DNA of 64,000 nucleotides. Origin: Candidatus Doudnabacteria bacterium. GTDB taxonomy: Bacteria; Patescibacteriota; Doudnabacteria; UBA920; O2-02-FULL-48-8. Below the pieces are notes generated by a model. That model had not been told where the DNA came from, ran no database searches, and saw nothing but the letters and a program-made list of their open reading frames with translations. The stretch covers positions 28,637 through 92,636 of the forward strand of contig JACPFQ010000004.1 in the NCBI GenBank assembly GCA_016182875.1. The letters run 5' to 3'. The position numbers and the translations under genes are program-made. This document shows, piece after piece, positions 19,055-27,824 of this stretch (positions are counted from its first letter, which is position 1; each line of letters begins with the position of its first letter).

Positions 19055-19726
19055 TTACAAAATACCTTTATTTTGGAAATGACCAAAAATAACTTTTTCG
19101 TCGTCTGGATCTAATTTACTAATTTCCATAGTCGTCACGAATTTTTCCAGACTATAAAAAGCGGCGACAAAATCCACCTGGTCGCGGGGGTCAAAAGGAA
19201 AAACCCAGACCGTTCTTTGCAGCGGATAAAATCCTAAACTTTTAAGCTTGTCTCGAAAAAAATCCGCATGTTTTCTATAAGGCACAGAAGGGATGTCAGC
19301 CAGTACTAGCCACCATTTGTGATTCCAAAATTCAGGTTTGGAAACCTCTATGGTCTCAAAGTTAAACCGCCGGACTTTTTTTCGCCCTCTTTGGGTAACC
19401 TTTAAAACAAAGTCTTTTCCGGCCGGGGAGAGTTCTATGTCACCGCGGTTCTTAAGATAATAAATTGATTTGAGAACCTGCCGGCCGTATTTTTTCTTCT
19501 GTTCGCGTGATTTTATAAACCTGCCCTGCCCCGACAGTTTGCCGAGCAGCTGCACTGCGTTGGGAGCCAAAGCCGCAAGCGTAACTGTACCTGCGACCGC
19601 GGCCAGGGCCAGTATGATTCGTGAGACTGTCTTTAATCTTTTGATTTGTTTTTCCGACAAATCTAGTTTTTTATGCGGAAGTGCCTGTTTCAAGGAACTT
19701 GCGATAGTTAGTTTTTCATAATGCAT
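19055..19726 (-). CDS. PaaX-domain-like protein with N-terminal TM segment
   Basis: 223 aa. WNHKWWLVLADIPSVPYRKHADFFRDKLKSLGFYPLQRTVWVFP matches the PaaX C-domain signature. Confidence 0.5.
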   Translation of the reverse strand: MHYEKLTIASSLKQALPHKKLDLSEKQIKRLKTVSRIILALAAVAGTVTLAALAPNAVQLLGKLSGQGRFIKSREQKKKYGRQVLKSIYYLKNRGDIELSPAGKDFVLKVTQRGRKKVRRFNFETIEVSKPEFWNHKWWLVLADIPSVPYRKHADFFRDKLKSLGFYPLQRTVWVFPFDPRDQVDFVAAFYSLEKFVTTMEISKLDPDDEKVIFGHFQNKGIL

Positions 19727-19747
19727 TTTTTTCTAGCTAATTTATAA

Positions 19748-19782
19748 GTCTAACAAATGGTGTAATTACACCTAATATTAGA
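19748..19782. repeat. Direct repeat copy 2 containing GTGTAATTACAC palindrome
   Basis: Lies immediately 5' of the PaaX-like gene start. Confidence 0.6.
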
Positions 19783-19918
19783 ATCAAAGAAAACGCTTGT
19801 CAATTCATTATTTTCATTAATTCGCAAAATTCGTATTTTGTAAAAATGAAAGCAGCTGCCTGTATCTTCCCTGGTATACCCAGGGTCGATAACAAACAGC
19901 TGCTGCGATGAGCCAATC

Positions 19919-21430
19919 TTACACGACGCGCGACACCGGCACTTGGTCCATGGCCGGCGGCAGCTCCGGAACCTGCCGTCCTTCCTTCCCCGTATCTGCC
20001 CACGCCGAACCGTTGCGTTCATCTGATCGCTTCACGATCTTGCCATCGAGGTATTTCTCGATGACCTCGATGATGGTCTGATCATCGAGGGCGCATGGCG
20101 GCCCTTCCTTATGCGACTGCGTCGAACCGCCACCAAGGATGTAGCCGGCCTTTGCCGAGGGCATTGAGAACTGCGAACCCTCGACGTAGTTGGCCGCGAG
20201 CTCAGCATCGGTTCGCTCGGTCTTGTCCCCTCGCAGCGCGAACTCCCAACGCCGTAGTTCGATCAGGATCCGGCGCAGGCTGAGCTCAATTTCGATGAAC
20301 GGAATTTCGACGTCCTGCTCCTCCCTGTGGCTTTCTTGCTGGGCGTCGGGATCCTGCGTCATCTCGTCTTCTTGTTCTTTCTTTTTGATTCCTTCGCGGA
20401 TCGAGATGTACACATGACCCCTGGAGTTACGAATGAGAATCACGTCAGCGCCGACGTATCGTGATCGCAAAATTCGCGCGAGCTCGCCGTCACCTGACAG
20501 CGGATGCTCTTTGCGAATCACCACGAACCTGATGGACGGCTTGATGCCAGCGACCTTGACTTTCCGCAACTCGCCTCGGTTGGGTGCAAAGCGCTTAAGG
20601 CACTGTGCAAAAGTCACCTCATTCATGAGCTTTATCCAAAGCTCCAACAAAGTGCTCTGGACGACCTGGGTGGCCAGGAAATTCCCCCGCTCCTCAGGAT
20701 CTTGCGGAAGCGATTGTTCCGAGAGAGCGAGGTGTGGCGGGAATTTCTCGCCGGCAGCGATGCGGTCGGCGATCGCCCACTTGTGCTTGACCACGGGCCC
20801 CATTGCGTCGGAATCGTTGACTCGCCCGCGATCACCCTTCTTAACGTAGTGCGTGACTGAGTCAATCGCGAACCTGATGACGTCAGGCTCGTAGCCCAGA
20901 CGCTTGAAGAACTCGCCACGGTGAAGCAGATCGAGGCCCCGCTTCGAAGGATCCGTGAGATAAGCCGTGTGTTCCGCCTTGTAGCGTTCGAACTTGGCCC
21001 GGTATGCGTTCCACTTAGCTTTGTTCTCCTCAGTCTCTTTCTCTTTCGGCGGCCTCGGAGCCTTGGGGTAATACCCCTTGCCCAGCAGCTCCGCAGCGCA
21101 GGTGTTGATCTGTTCACCCTGTTCGTCCATCCGCCCATGCTCGTCATACGGATTGTCTGTGCCGCCGATTCCGATCGGTGTCAGCCCCAGCGAGTAGAGT
21201 TCTGCGGAAGTCGTATTGTGCGGATCCCGCACGCAAACGACCTTGCCTTCTTTCGGCATCAGTTCGCCGCCGAAGAAGGTGCCCTGAAAAATCGCCCACT
21301 GCTCATCGAGATGAGGATCAGTGTGCGGAGCAAAGGCCCCAGACAACCCCAGGGGGTCGTCTTTGGCCATGGCTCTAATCTGCTCAACAGTGAGTACGAG
21401 TGTCTTGATGTTGGCGATTTCGTGCAACAT
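19919..21430 (-). CDS. Hypothetical protein encoded in the high-GC island
   Basis: High-GC ORF. Start taken at MLHEIANI after RBS AGGGGGA (the longer ORF runs to 21532). No family recognised. Confidence 0.4.
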   Translation of the reverse strand: MLHEIANIKTLVLTVEQIRAMAKDDPLGLSGAFAPHTDPHLDEQWAIFQGTFFGGELMPKEGKVVCVRDPHNTTSAELYSLGLTPIGIGGTDNPYDEHGRMDEQGEQINTCAAELLGKGYYPKAPRPPKEKETEENKAKWNAYRAKFERYKAEHTAYLTDPSKRGLDLLHRGEFFKRLGYEPDVIRFAIDSVTHYVKKGDRGRVNDSDAMGPVVKHKWAIADRIAAGEKFPPHLALSEQSLPQDPEERGNFLATQVVQSTLLELWIKLMNEVTFAQCLKRFAPNRGELRKVKVAGIKPSIRFVVIRKEHPLSGDGELARILRSRYVGADVILIRNSRGHVYISIREGIKKKEQEDEMTQDPDAQQESHREEQDVEIPFIEIELSLRRILIELRRWEFALRGDKTERTDAELAANYVEGSQFSMPSAKAGYILGGGSTQSHKEGPPCALDDQTIIEVIEKYLDGKIVKRSDERNGSAWADTGKEGRQVPELPPAMDQVPVSRVV

Positions 21431-21560
21431 GGCAAAATCCCCCTGCGTTATGTGAATGTTCGAGTTAATGACGTTGAGACAGTCGCCCCAATTGCCGACT
21501 GTAACCGAAAATTTTATCAAAAACACGGTCATCTGTCAATTCAAAGCAACAAAGCTAACG

Positions 21561-21589
21561 TTGACAAAGTGGCCGAAAGTTGCTAGAAT
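21561..21589 (+). promoter_or_regulatory. Consensus sigma70 promoter TTGACA-17-TAGAAT within the island
   Basis: Perfect -35 and near-consensus -10 with 17-bp spacer. Reads toward the island plus-strand operon. Confidence 0.55.
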
Positions 21590-21777
21590 TCGCGGTTATC
21601 ATGTCTGACCGCCCTTTGTATCGGCGGCATCATGATAGGTCTTTAATAATCGTGTTTTAATCATAGGATTTGGTGGGCTGTTTTTTGCGTTGGGTGTGAT
21701 GAACATTCAGCGCAAGAAGCGGTCTAAACATTTACCACGCAACAGACTCTATCAGCCGATCCGTTTAGGAGGCAGAC

Positions 21778-22515
21778 ATGGCAAAAACGCCACCAGGAAA
21801 AGGGCCTAGAAAGGGTCCCGGCGGAAAAACCGGGGGTGGCCCCAGGAAAGCGGTTTACAAGCGAATATACGAAGTCGGCGGCACACCCGACGCCACCGAG
21901 CTCACTGTCACCATCTACAGGGACGGCCTGCTCGCGGACAAGGAAGCCGTGTGGTTCTACCTCGGGGTCGAAGGCAATCTGCACCAGAAGCCGGCCGAAG
22001 AACTCGACCCGGCAGCCCCCGGCGGCAAGAAAATTTGGAAGCTCGAGACCAAGGGCGGAGTCGCCCACGGCAGGCTCGACTTCACGAGCGCCGAGCTCTC
22101 CAAATTCACACACGTCACGGCTAAGCACGGCTCGTTCGACTGGGAGGAGACGAAGACACGGCCGCCAGCAGAGCCCACTGGGGTGAAGCCGAAAACCAAG
22201 TGGTTCAAGCTCACCCCCGACGACGAGAAGATCGAAACCTGGGATGAGCGCGCGGCGTTCACCTTGGTCACCTTCGACGCCACGGGCAAAACCCCGTCGG
22301 CCGAGACGATGCGCATCAGCGCAGGCAAGGTCATTCGCCTGTTCAACCGCGAAACCGGAGCGCTCATCGGCGAGGGCAAGGTCATCACGTTCGCAACGCC
22401 GGGCACCGGCATCCTCGACATCGAAGTCGAGGTCGTCGGCGACTTCCTGGCGAAGCTGACGTTCATGCACATCGCCAGCGCCGAGACGCTCACCAAGGAA
22501 ATCCGACTCAAATAG
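21778..22515 (+). CDS. Island hypothetical protein with Lys/Gly/Pro-rich N-terminus
   Basis: 245 aa. RBS GGAGG. High-GC codon usage. Overlapping minus-strand ORFs are treated as spurious. Confidence 0.45.
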   Translation: MAKTPPGKGPRKGPGGKTGGGPRKAVYKRIYEVGGTPDATELTVTIYRDGLLADKEAVWFYLGVEGNLHQKPAEELDPAAPGGKKIWKLETKGGVAHGRLDFTSAELSKFTHVTAKHGSFDWEETKTRPPAEPTGVKPKTKWFKLTPDDEKIETWDERAAFTLVTFDATGKTPSAETMRISAGKVIRLFNRETGALIGEGKVITFATPGTGILDIEVEVVGDFLAKLTFMHIASAETLTKEIRLK

Positions 22516-22526
22516 GAGAGACTGAC

Positions 22527-23141
22527 ATGGCAGAGATTGGCGGTATCAAGTTTGACTTCCCGGCCATCAAGGAAGTCCTCGCGTCGGCGGCTGGCCATCA
22601 GGTCTCCAACCTGTTGAGCTTCATCCTCGAACGCGGAACCGAGGCCGAGAAGCAGATCGTCGTCCAGGCCGGCAGGTTGATGGCCGAGGGCAAGTTCAAG
22701 GAAGCCGAGGAAGCATTGAAAGCGCTCCCCGGCGGAATCGGCCGGGCTGACGAAGCCATCTGGTGGTCGGATCTGGCATTCCTGCGGCGGCGCAACCTGC
22801 TCACTCCCGCGCAGGCGACGGCGCTCGAAGCCTTCCTCCGCAACCTCACGGAAGCGGAGAAGGACAAAATCCGCCTGACGCACGTGGTCAAGAATGAAGA
22901 CCAGCGCCGCCACGACCTGGTGACGCTGGGACGCATCGACAGGGACGACGCCAAGCGCCAGCACCTGGACATGGTGTTTCACAAAACGCTGGCCGACACG
23001 CTCAACGCAATCGGCGCGCAGGTCAGCACCTGGGTTCGTCCCAAGATTGAGGAAGCCCAGTGGCGAAACAAGCGGTTCGACGGACCGATCTGGCGGCTCT
23101 TCCGCCCGATCACCTGCATCTGGGAAGGCCTCGGCTTCTAA
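22527..23141 (+). CDS. Island hypothetical protein
   Basis: 204 aa. RBS AGGAGAG 7 nt upstream. Tightly packed with flanking plus-strand genes. Confidence 0.45.
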   Translation: MAEIGGIKFDFPAIKEVLASAAGHQVSNLLSFILERGTEAEKQIVVQAGRLMAEGKFKEAEEALKALPGGIGRADEAIWWSDLAFLRRRNLLTPAQATALEAFLRNLTEAEKDKIRLTHVVKNEDQRRHDLVTLGRIDRDDAKRQHLDMVFHKTLADTLNAIGAQVSTWVRPKIEEAQWRNKRFDGPIWRLFRPITCIWEGLGF

Positions 23142-23153
23142 GGAGAAGAGACA

Positions 23154-24107
23154 ATGAATCAGTTCGAACAAGCGTTGCTCCATGTCCTCGAACTGGCCTT
23201 CACCGATGGCAAGGGTAAAGTCCAGAGGACGATTCGTCCCATCACCGCCGGCTGCACGTTCTTCTGGGCGCTCGGCATGTTCCTGGCGTGGCTGCTCCAG
23301 AGCGGGACCCCGGCGTTCGTGTGTGCGGCCATCTGCGGCGCCATCTGGTTCATCCCCATCGGCCGGGTTGCTCTGGCCGCATGGATTGCCCAGATGATTC
23401 CCGAAGAGTGGCTGAAGAAACTGGGCTTGAGCGTCGAAAACTTCACGCCCAGCAAGACCACCTACACCCTCGGCACCGTCGGCATGTGGCAGATCGCGTC
23501 GCTCATCCTGCTCGGAGTCTTCCCGTTCTGGAAGAGCGGCATGTACTACTCGCTGTATGCCGCGTTCTGGGCCGTGATGGTGGCCACGTGGCTTATTGTC
23601 GCTACGTCCGAAGGCGACATCCGCTTCTGGCGCAAGATCTACGGCTGGTCCATCGCCGGGATTTTCGCCGGGATTCTGCTGTTGCTGCTAATGCCGGAAG
23701 AAGTCAACGGACTGCGGTCGTGGTTGGATCGGCGTGCGACGTACACCGTGGCCGAGACCGCGTTCCACAACGGCGTCGCGTCAGATACGCAAGCCATGCT
23801 CCAGCAGACTGACCAGAACCTCCGCGTCCTCGTCAACCAGCGCCGGTACTACAACCTTCAAGGTTGGGACTATCCGGCGGACAAGGAAGCGGAGATCGTG
23901 CGGCTGACTGCGCTGCACGAAGACCTCGTGCGGGAGCGCGACGTTCCGATTGCCAAGGCGCCGGGCCGGTTCTCGGCCGAAGCCGCCAACGCATTCGGAA
24001 GTTCACTCGACTTCGTCAGCGCGACAGCCAGCAACCCCTGGCTCGCGGGGTTTGCCTGCTTCGCACTGCTGATGTTCGGCTGGGTGGTCATGAAGGGAAG
24101 GAGCTAG
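23154..24107 (+). CDS. Island polytopic membrane protein
   Basis: 317 aa. RBS AGGAGAAG. Several hydrophobic helices. Confidence 0.45.
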   Translation: MNQFEQALLHVLELAFTDGKGKVQRTIRPITAGCTFFWALGMFLAWLLQSGTPAFVCAAICGAIWFIPIGRVALAAWIAQMIPEEWLKKLGLSVENFTPSKTTYTLGTVGMWQIASLILLGVFPFWKSGMYYSLYAAFWAVMVATWLIVATSEGDIRFWRKIYGWSIAGIFAGILLLLLMPEEVNGLRSWLDRRATYTVAETAFHNGVASDTQAMLQQTDQNLRVLVNQRRYYNLQGWDYPADKEAEIVRLTALHEDLVRERDVPIAKAPGRFSAEAANAFGSSLDFVSATASNPWLAGFACFALLMFGWVVMKGRS

Positions 24108-24109
24108 CC

Positions 24110-24919
24110 ATGAGCACACCATCTTCGTCGTCAGGAAACGGCCGACTCCGGCGCTTCGTGATCTTCGTCGGGTTCATGGGCGTGATCTGGTTCGCCTTGC
24201 TTCAGCCATGGATGCAGAGCGCCATCGGGTTCAACGGCTGGCACATCATGGCCTACCAGAACGGCATCCGCTCGGCGGACTGGCGCTGTGCCAACAAGCA
24301 GCCCGAGGACATCGGTCCGGACTGCGACATCGACGCAGTTTATGAGAGGTACGTCCCCACCGCACAGCGCGCCGGCAACCTGACAGCGTCGGTCCACCAG
24401 CTCAACGCAATCGCGGCGAACCTCGCCACGGTCAAATCGCCGCTGGTGGTCGATTCTGGGTCCGCGCTCTGGCAGCTCGACAATATCCACGACACAGAAT
24501 ACCGGCAAACCTTCAAAGGTATCCCTGTGTTCAAGGGTCGGGTGCAGATCCGCGTCCGCGAGCGCGTCACCAGCAAGGACTGCGGCTACAATACAACGGA
24601 CGCCAACGGGGTGCCCAAGCCCGGCGGGCCGTTCTGCAAGCTGGAGCTTGTGGACGACAACCTGCCGTACCTGGCCGCGATCGGGCGGCGGTGTCCGGCA
24701 GAGGGCTGCAGCAATCCCTCGTCCTTCACCAGTCCGGAGGCCAAGTTCCTGGTCGGGACGTGTCTCGACCTGGACGCGGCTGCGGTCAACGGTGTCGTCA
24801 ACCTCGTCGTCAATGAGGGTCGGCATGCCGACTACTTCGGCGACAATACCGGGGACTACGTCGTCGAGTATGAACACAATCCCGCGACTGGCTGCCGTGG
24901 GGAGCAGTTCACGTACTAG
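24110..24919 (+). CDS. Island secreted/membrane-anchored Cys-containing protein
   Basis: Start taken at MSTPSSSS after RBS GGAAGGAG. Signal/TM segment FVIFVGFMGVIWFALL. Confidence 0.4.
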   Translation: MSTPSSSSGNGRLRRFVIFVGFMGVIWFALLQPWMQSAIGFNGWHIMAYQNGIRSADWRCANKQPEDIGPDCDIDAVYERYVPTAQRAGNLTASVHQLNAIAANLATVKSPLVVDSGSALWQLDNIHDTEYRQTFKGIPVFKGRVQIRVRERVTSKDCGYNTTDANGVPKPGGPFCKLELVDDNLPYLAAIGRRCPAEGCSNPSSFTSPEAKFLVGTCLDLDAAAVNGVVNLVVNEGRHADYFGDNTGDYVVEYEHNPATGCRGEQFTY

Positions 24920-25053
24920 CAGCCAACCCAAGGAGGAAGCGTCTCCGGTCAGATGACTGGAGGCATGACAATAACCACGGCCCTGAAGGAGCAGGGCTGG
25001 AGAGCGGCGTCGCACAATCGGCACCGCTTTTTTTTATTTTGCAAAACAAAATA

Positions 25054-25078
25054 CTCCGACCCGCCCGCGGCGTCGGAG
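25054..25078. repeat. CTCCGAC...GTCGGAG hairpin (member of TCCGAC hairpin family)
   Basis: 7-bp inverted repeat with 11-nt loop. Same arm sequences as the hairpins at 39332, 39921 and 60646. Confidence 0.5.
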
Positions 25079-25315
25079 TTAAACTGGCTTTAATATTGCC
25101 TCTATGGGCAGGGATATTGGCGAATCTGTTTTTAGCCGCTTGCTGAAATTGAGAATAGTGAATCCTTTGATGGCTTTGGTTTTAGGATCAAGCCGAATCA
25201 CGACATCATCCGCAGTTTCTACAGAGAGGGAGCTTTTGGATGGCTTGCCTTGGGAAAAATACATTACGTCTGCTTGTTTGTCGTAGTAGTAATAAAGTTT
25301 CATGATTGAATCCAA
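25079..25315 (-). CDS. DUF2283-family small protein (second copy)
   Basis: 78 aa. YYYYDKQADVMYF...KAIKGFTILNF. Low GC, embedded in the high-GC island. Confidence 0.5.
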   Translation of the reverse strand: MDSIMKLYYYYDKQADVMYFSQGKPSKSSLSVETADDVVIRLDPKTKAIKGFTILNFSKRLKTDSPISLPIEAILKPV

Positions 25316-25608
25316 TAAGTTAAATACGCTGTGAGGATAAAATTTCGCCTGTTAATTTTGACGACTGCTGCCAGATGCTTGTTATGAGAAATTTCGCGGT
25401 AAAGAATAAATGCCTTGGGATCTGTTTTGGATGGACGAATAAGCTCTGGATTTTCCAAAACAAGCTTTATGCTTGGCTTGAGAGTTCTCAGCTCGGGGTG
25501 AAAATTGACTATGTGGCTCCACCGTTCGCTGGTCAATTCCACCGGCCCGAATGGTGAGTCAAATAGCTCCATGTAAAAATTATAAACCCATTGCGTCAGT
25601 CTTGACAA
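25300..25608 (-). CDS. DUF4258-like small protein (putative toxin partner)
   Basis: 102 aa. Overlaps the downstream DUF2283 gene by 16 nt. Same gene order as the pair at 2506-2953. Confidence 0.4.
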   Translation of the reverse strand: MSRLTQWVYNFYMELFDSPFGPVELTSERWSHIVNFHPELRTLKPSIKLVLENPELIRPSKTDPKAFILYREISHNKHLAAVVKINRRNFILTAYLTYWIQS

Positions 25609-25630
25609 GTGGACGGTTTTCTGCTATACT
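25602..25630 (+). promoter_or_regulatory. Sigma70-type promoter TTGACA-17-TATACT upstream of island secreted protein gene
   Basis: Shares the core TTGACAA.GTGG.CG with the promoter at 21561. Confidence 0.45.
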
Positions 25631-25745
25631 TGTACGTTAAAATCCCGAATTTGTTTCAGGGCCCAAAATTGAGGGCTCTACAACAAGTTCAGAATTTACG
25701 GAAACCGCAAGAATTGTAAAAAGGTCTAGGAGGACCAATACTACC

Positions 25746-26738
25746 ATGAGAACGAAACTCTTTTTCGTCGTCGCGTTCGTCGCACTCGCGTCTACCGCGT
25801 TCGCACAGGAGACGCTCGACTTCAGTACCCAGCCGCGCTCAGTGCGCGCCATCGCTAAGGTCGTCATCGAGACGGCGGGGTACCTCGTCAGCGAGGAGTC
25901 GCTGAGCACCATCGACCCCTCCTGCACGTGGAACCGCACGCTCGACGTGAGCGACCTCGAGCAGGCGCTCAACACCATCCTGCCGAGTTGCGGCAACGAG
26001 GCGCAGTTCGACGACTACCGGGTGACCATCCGGAAGCGCGGCAGCCCGGCACCAGCCACACGCAGTATGTCCGCTCCCGCTCGCCGCGCCGCAACGCCGA
26101 CCATCGCGGAACCCGAACCGCCTGCCGCTCAGCCTGCCGCACCCGCGGCGCCGGCGTCCACTGACCCGAACGTGTGGTCAGCCGCCGACGTCAGCCGCTA
26201 CGGCCCCTTGCCGCTGAATGCCAGGCCGGAGTTCTATCGCATCAGCCAGCAGGTCAGGCGGCAGGCGTTCGGCGACGCGTTCGTCAACTTCCGCAACGCG
26301 GAAGAGGACTTCGCACGCCGCACCGGCGTTTACCCCGATCAGGTTGGTCCGTTCGTCGGCGCTACCTACGGCGCATATTCCCCCTACGGTTTGTACGGCT
26401 ACGGCCTCTCGAGGGGTTGTTCCACTGGACAGCCGTCCGGCAGGGTCAAGTTCAAGTACTACGGTGAGGGAAAGGAACGTGGCCTCTGGAAGGTCTGGTT
26501 CAACGGACGTCGTATCGGGTCCGTGGACCAGGGAGACAGTGCGTGGAACGAGATGTGGGAGTGCGTCGGCGACTATGTCGTCGAAATCGAAAAACGCCGC
26601 TGTCAACCCAGGGGTCTCTGCCGGTATCGAGACGTGTACAGCGTCAGAGCCGGCGAACTGACCGAGGTTGAGATCGGCGACGTGCTGTTCGAAGACAGCC
26701 ACGAACGGCGGCGGCCTCAGATTCTCACCGAGCGTTAA
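25746..26738 (+). CDS. Secreted protein with signal peptide and Pro/Ala-rich linker (high GC)
   Basis: 330 aa. MRTKLFFVVAFVALASTAFAQE signal peptide. RBS AGGAGGA. Confidence 0.5.
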   Translation: MRTKLFFVVAFVALASTAFAQETLDFSTQPRSVRAIAKVVIETAGYLVSEESLSTIDPSCTWNRTLDVSDLEQALNTILPSCGNEAQFDDYRVTIRKRGSPAPATRSMSAPARRAATPTIAEPEPPAAQPAAPAAPASTDPNVWSAADVSRYGPLPLNARPEFYRISQQVRRQAFGDAFVNFRNAEEDFARRTGVYPDQVGPFVGATYGAYSPYGLYGYGLSRGCSTGQPSGRVKFKYYGEGKERGLWKVWFNGRRIGSVDQGDSAWNEMWECVGDYVVEIEKRRCQPRGLCRYRDVYSVRAGELTEVEIGDVLFEDSHERRRPQILTER

Positions 26739-26766
26739 TAGCGCTCGGATCTCATGGATGCCAAAA

Positions 26767-26810
26767 CGGCCAGTTACTCATCGCGAGTGACTGGCCGTTC
26801 GTTTTTTATG
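26767..26810. terminator. Bidirectional terminator at island right edge
   Basis: GGCCAGTTACTCATCGCGAGTGACTGGCC hairpin followed by a T-run. Confidence 0.6.
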
Positions 26811-26815
26811 AACAC

Positions 26816-27184
26816 TTATACGTAATCGCTCAGGGCACTGTTAATCACATTAACAATAACATATGAGAGGATAATCACCACCAAACCGATAATTGCGTTA
26901 CGCAAAGTTTTTTTGCCGTTCTCCGCCCATTCTTCATTCGCTCCGGAAAATATATATTGGAACCCCCCGATAATAACGAACAGTACGGCCAAGAGGCCAG
27001 CAAACGTCAGAAGAATGTTTATTATTTTTGTAATCAGGGCCGCGGGGGATGAACTGTACTCAGGTAAAGTCCCACTTGCGGGGTTCGGTATATCCAATCT
27101 AGCCAATGTCAGCAACGGCATGCCCATTACAACAATTGCCATCAAAACTATCGGCAGATACTTTTCAAGCTTTTTTAAGCTCAT
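26816..27184 (-). CDS. TrbC/VirB2-like pilin family protein (paralog 1)
   Basis: 122 aa. Signal peptide plus two TM helices with motif GGFQYIFSGANEE..A....IIGLVVIILSY. Confidence 0.6.
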   Translation of the reverse strand: MSLKKLEKYLPIVLMAIVVMGMPLLTLARLDIPNPASGTLPEYSSSPAALITKIINILLTFAGLLAVLFVIIGGFQYIFSGANEEWAENGKKTLRNAIIGLVVIILSYVIVNVINSALSDYV

Positions 27185-27185
27185 A

Positions 27186-27319
27186 CCAGGTACTGAAAAT
27201 TTGATTTAATGATACTTAACATAAGTTATATTATTATCTAGTCCGGTAATAAAAATTTGATTTAACTGCTGGTCTTTTAGTCCCGCCTTTGGCGGGACTA
27301 TCAAATTTCTAGTACCTGG
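27186..27319. repeat. 134-bp segment bounded by 20-bp inverted repeats CCAGGTACT(G/A)GAAAATTTGAT
   Basis: IRs at 27186-27205 and 27300-27319 (19 of 20 match). The segment holds the terminator hairpin of pilin 2 and the promoter region of pilin 1. Confidence 0.55.
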
Positions 27320-27340
27320 CATACTTTTTTCTTTAGCTTG

Positions 27341-27724
27341 CTAAACGCCGCTGCTGCCACTGCTAAGCAAGGCGTTGGAAATCACGCGGACAATCACGAA
27401 CGAAAGAATAATCACGACGATTCCGATAATGGAATTGGTGATGATTTTTTTGGCGCTCTCGCCCGCTTCCTCATTGCCGGCTGCGGTAATGTAGCGGAAG
27501 CCGCCGATGATGAGGAACAGCACTGCGACCAATCCGGCAATCGCAAGAGCTATGTTGATGATACGCAGGATGAATTCGGAAAGCTTGGTATCGCCCGGAA
27601 GATTGGTGCCAGTGGGATTTGGCCTTTCGAATTGCGCGCCTGAGACCAATGGCAGGACGAACAAAGCCAGGCTCAGCACAATCGAGGTAATCTGGGCAAT
27701 TTTGACTAATTTATTATGCTTCAT
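27341..27724 (-). CDS. TrbC/VirB2-like pilin family protein (paralog 2)
   Basis: 127 aa. GGFRYITAAGNEE motif. Confidence 0.6.
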   Translation of the reverse strand: MKHNKLVKIAQITSIVLSLALFVLPLVSGAQFERPNPTGTNLPGDTKLSEFILRIINIALAIAGLVAVLFLIIGGFRYITAAGNEEAGESAKKIITNSIIGIVVIILSFVIVRVISNALLSSGSSGV

Positions 27725-27753
27725 AGGTTTCTTGAGTTTTTTATCTTTAGGTT

Positions 27754-27796
27754 CGCCCGGTCATCCGACCGGGCGTCCAGTCGAATGACTGGACGA
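27754..27796. repeat. GC-rich double-hairpin repeat (REP-like), copy 1
   Basis: CGCCCGGTCATCCGACCGGGCG + TCCAGTCGAATGACTGGACGA. Roughly 85% identical to 50950-50993. Confidence 0.5.
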
Positions 27797-27824
27797 CCGA
27801 CCTTTCTACCTAAAGCTATTAATG

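Noticed and set aside
21724-25024. Long minus-strand ORFs (21724..22470, 21957..23183, 24131..25024) and many overlapping ORFs inside the high-GC island
   Set aside because: High GC suppresses stop codons in all frames. The plus-strand genes are consecutively spaced with good RBSs and a consensus promoter, whereas the minus-strand ORFs overlap them extensively. They are treated as spurious.
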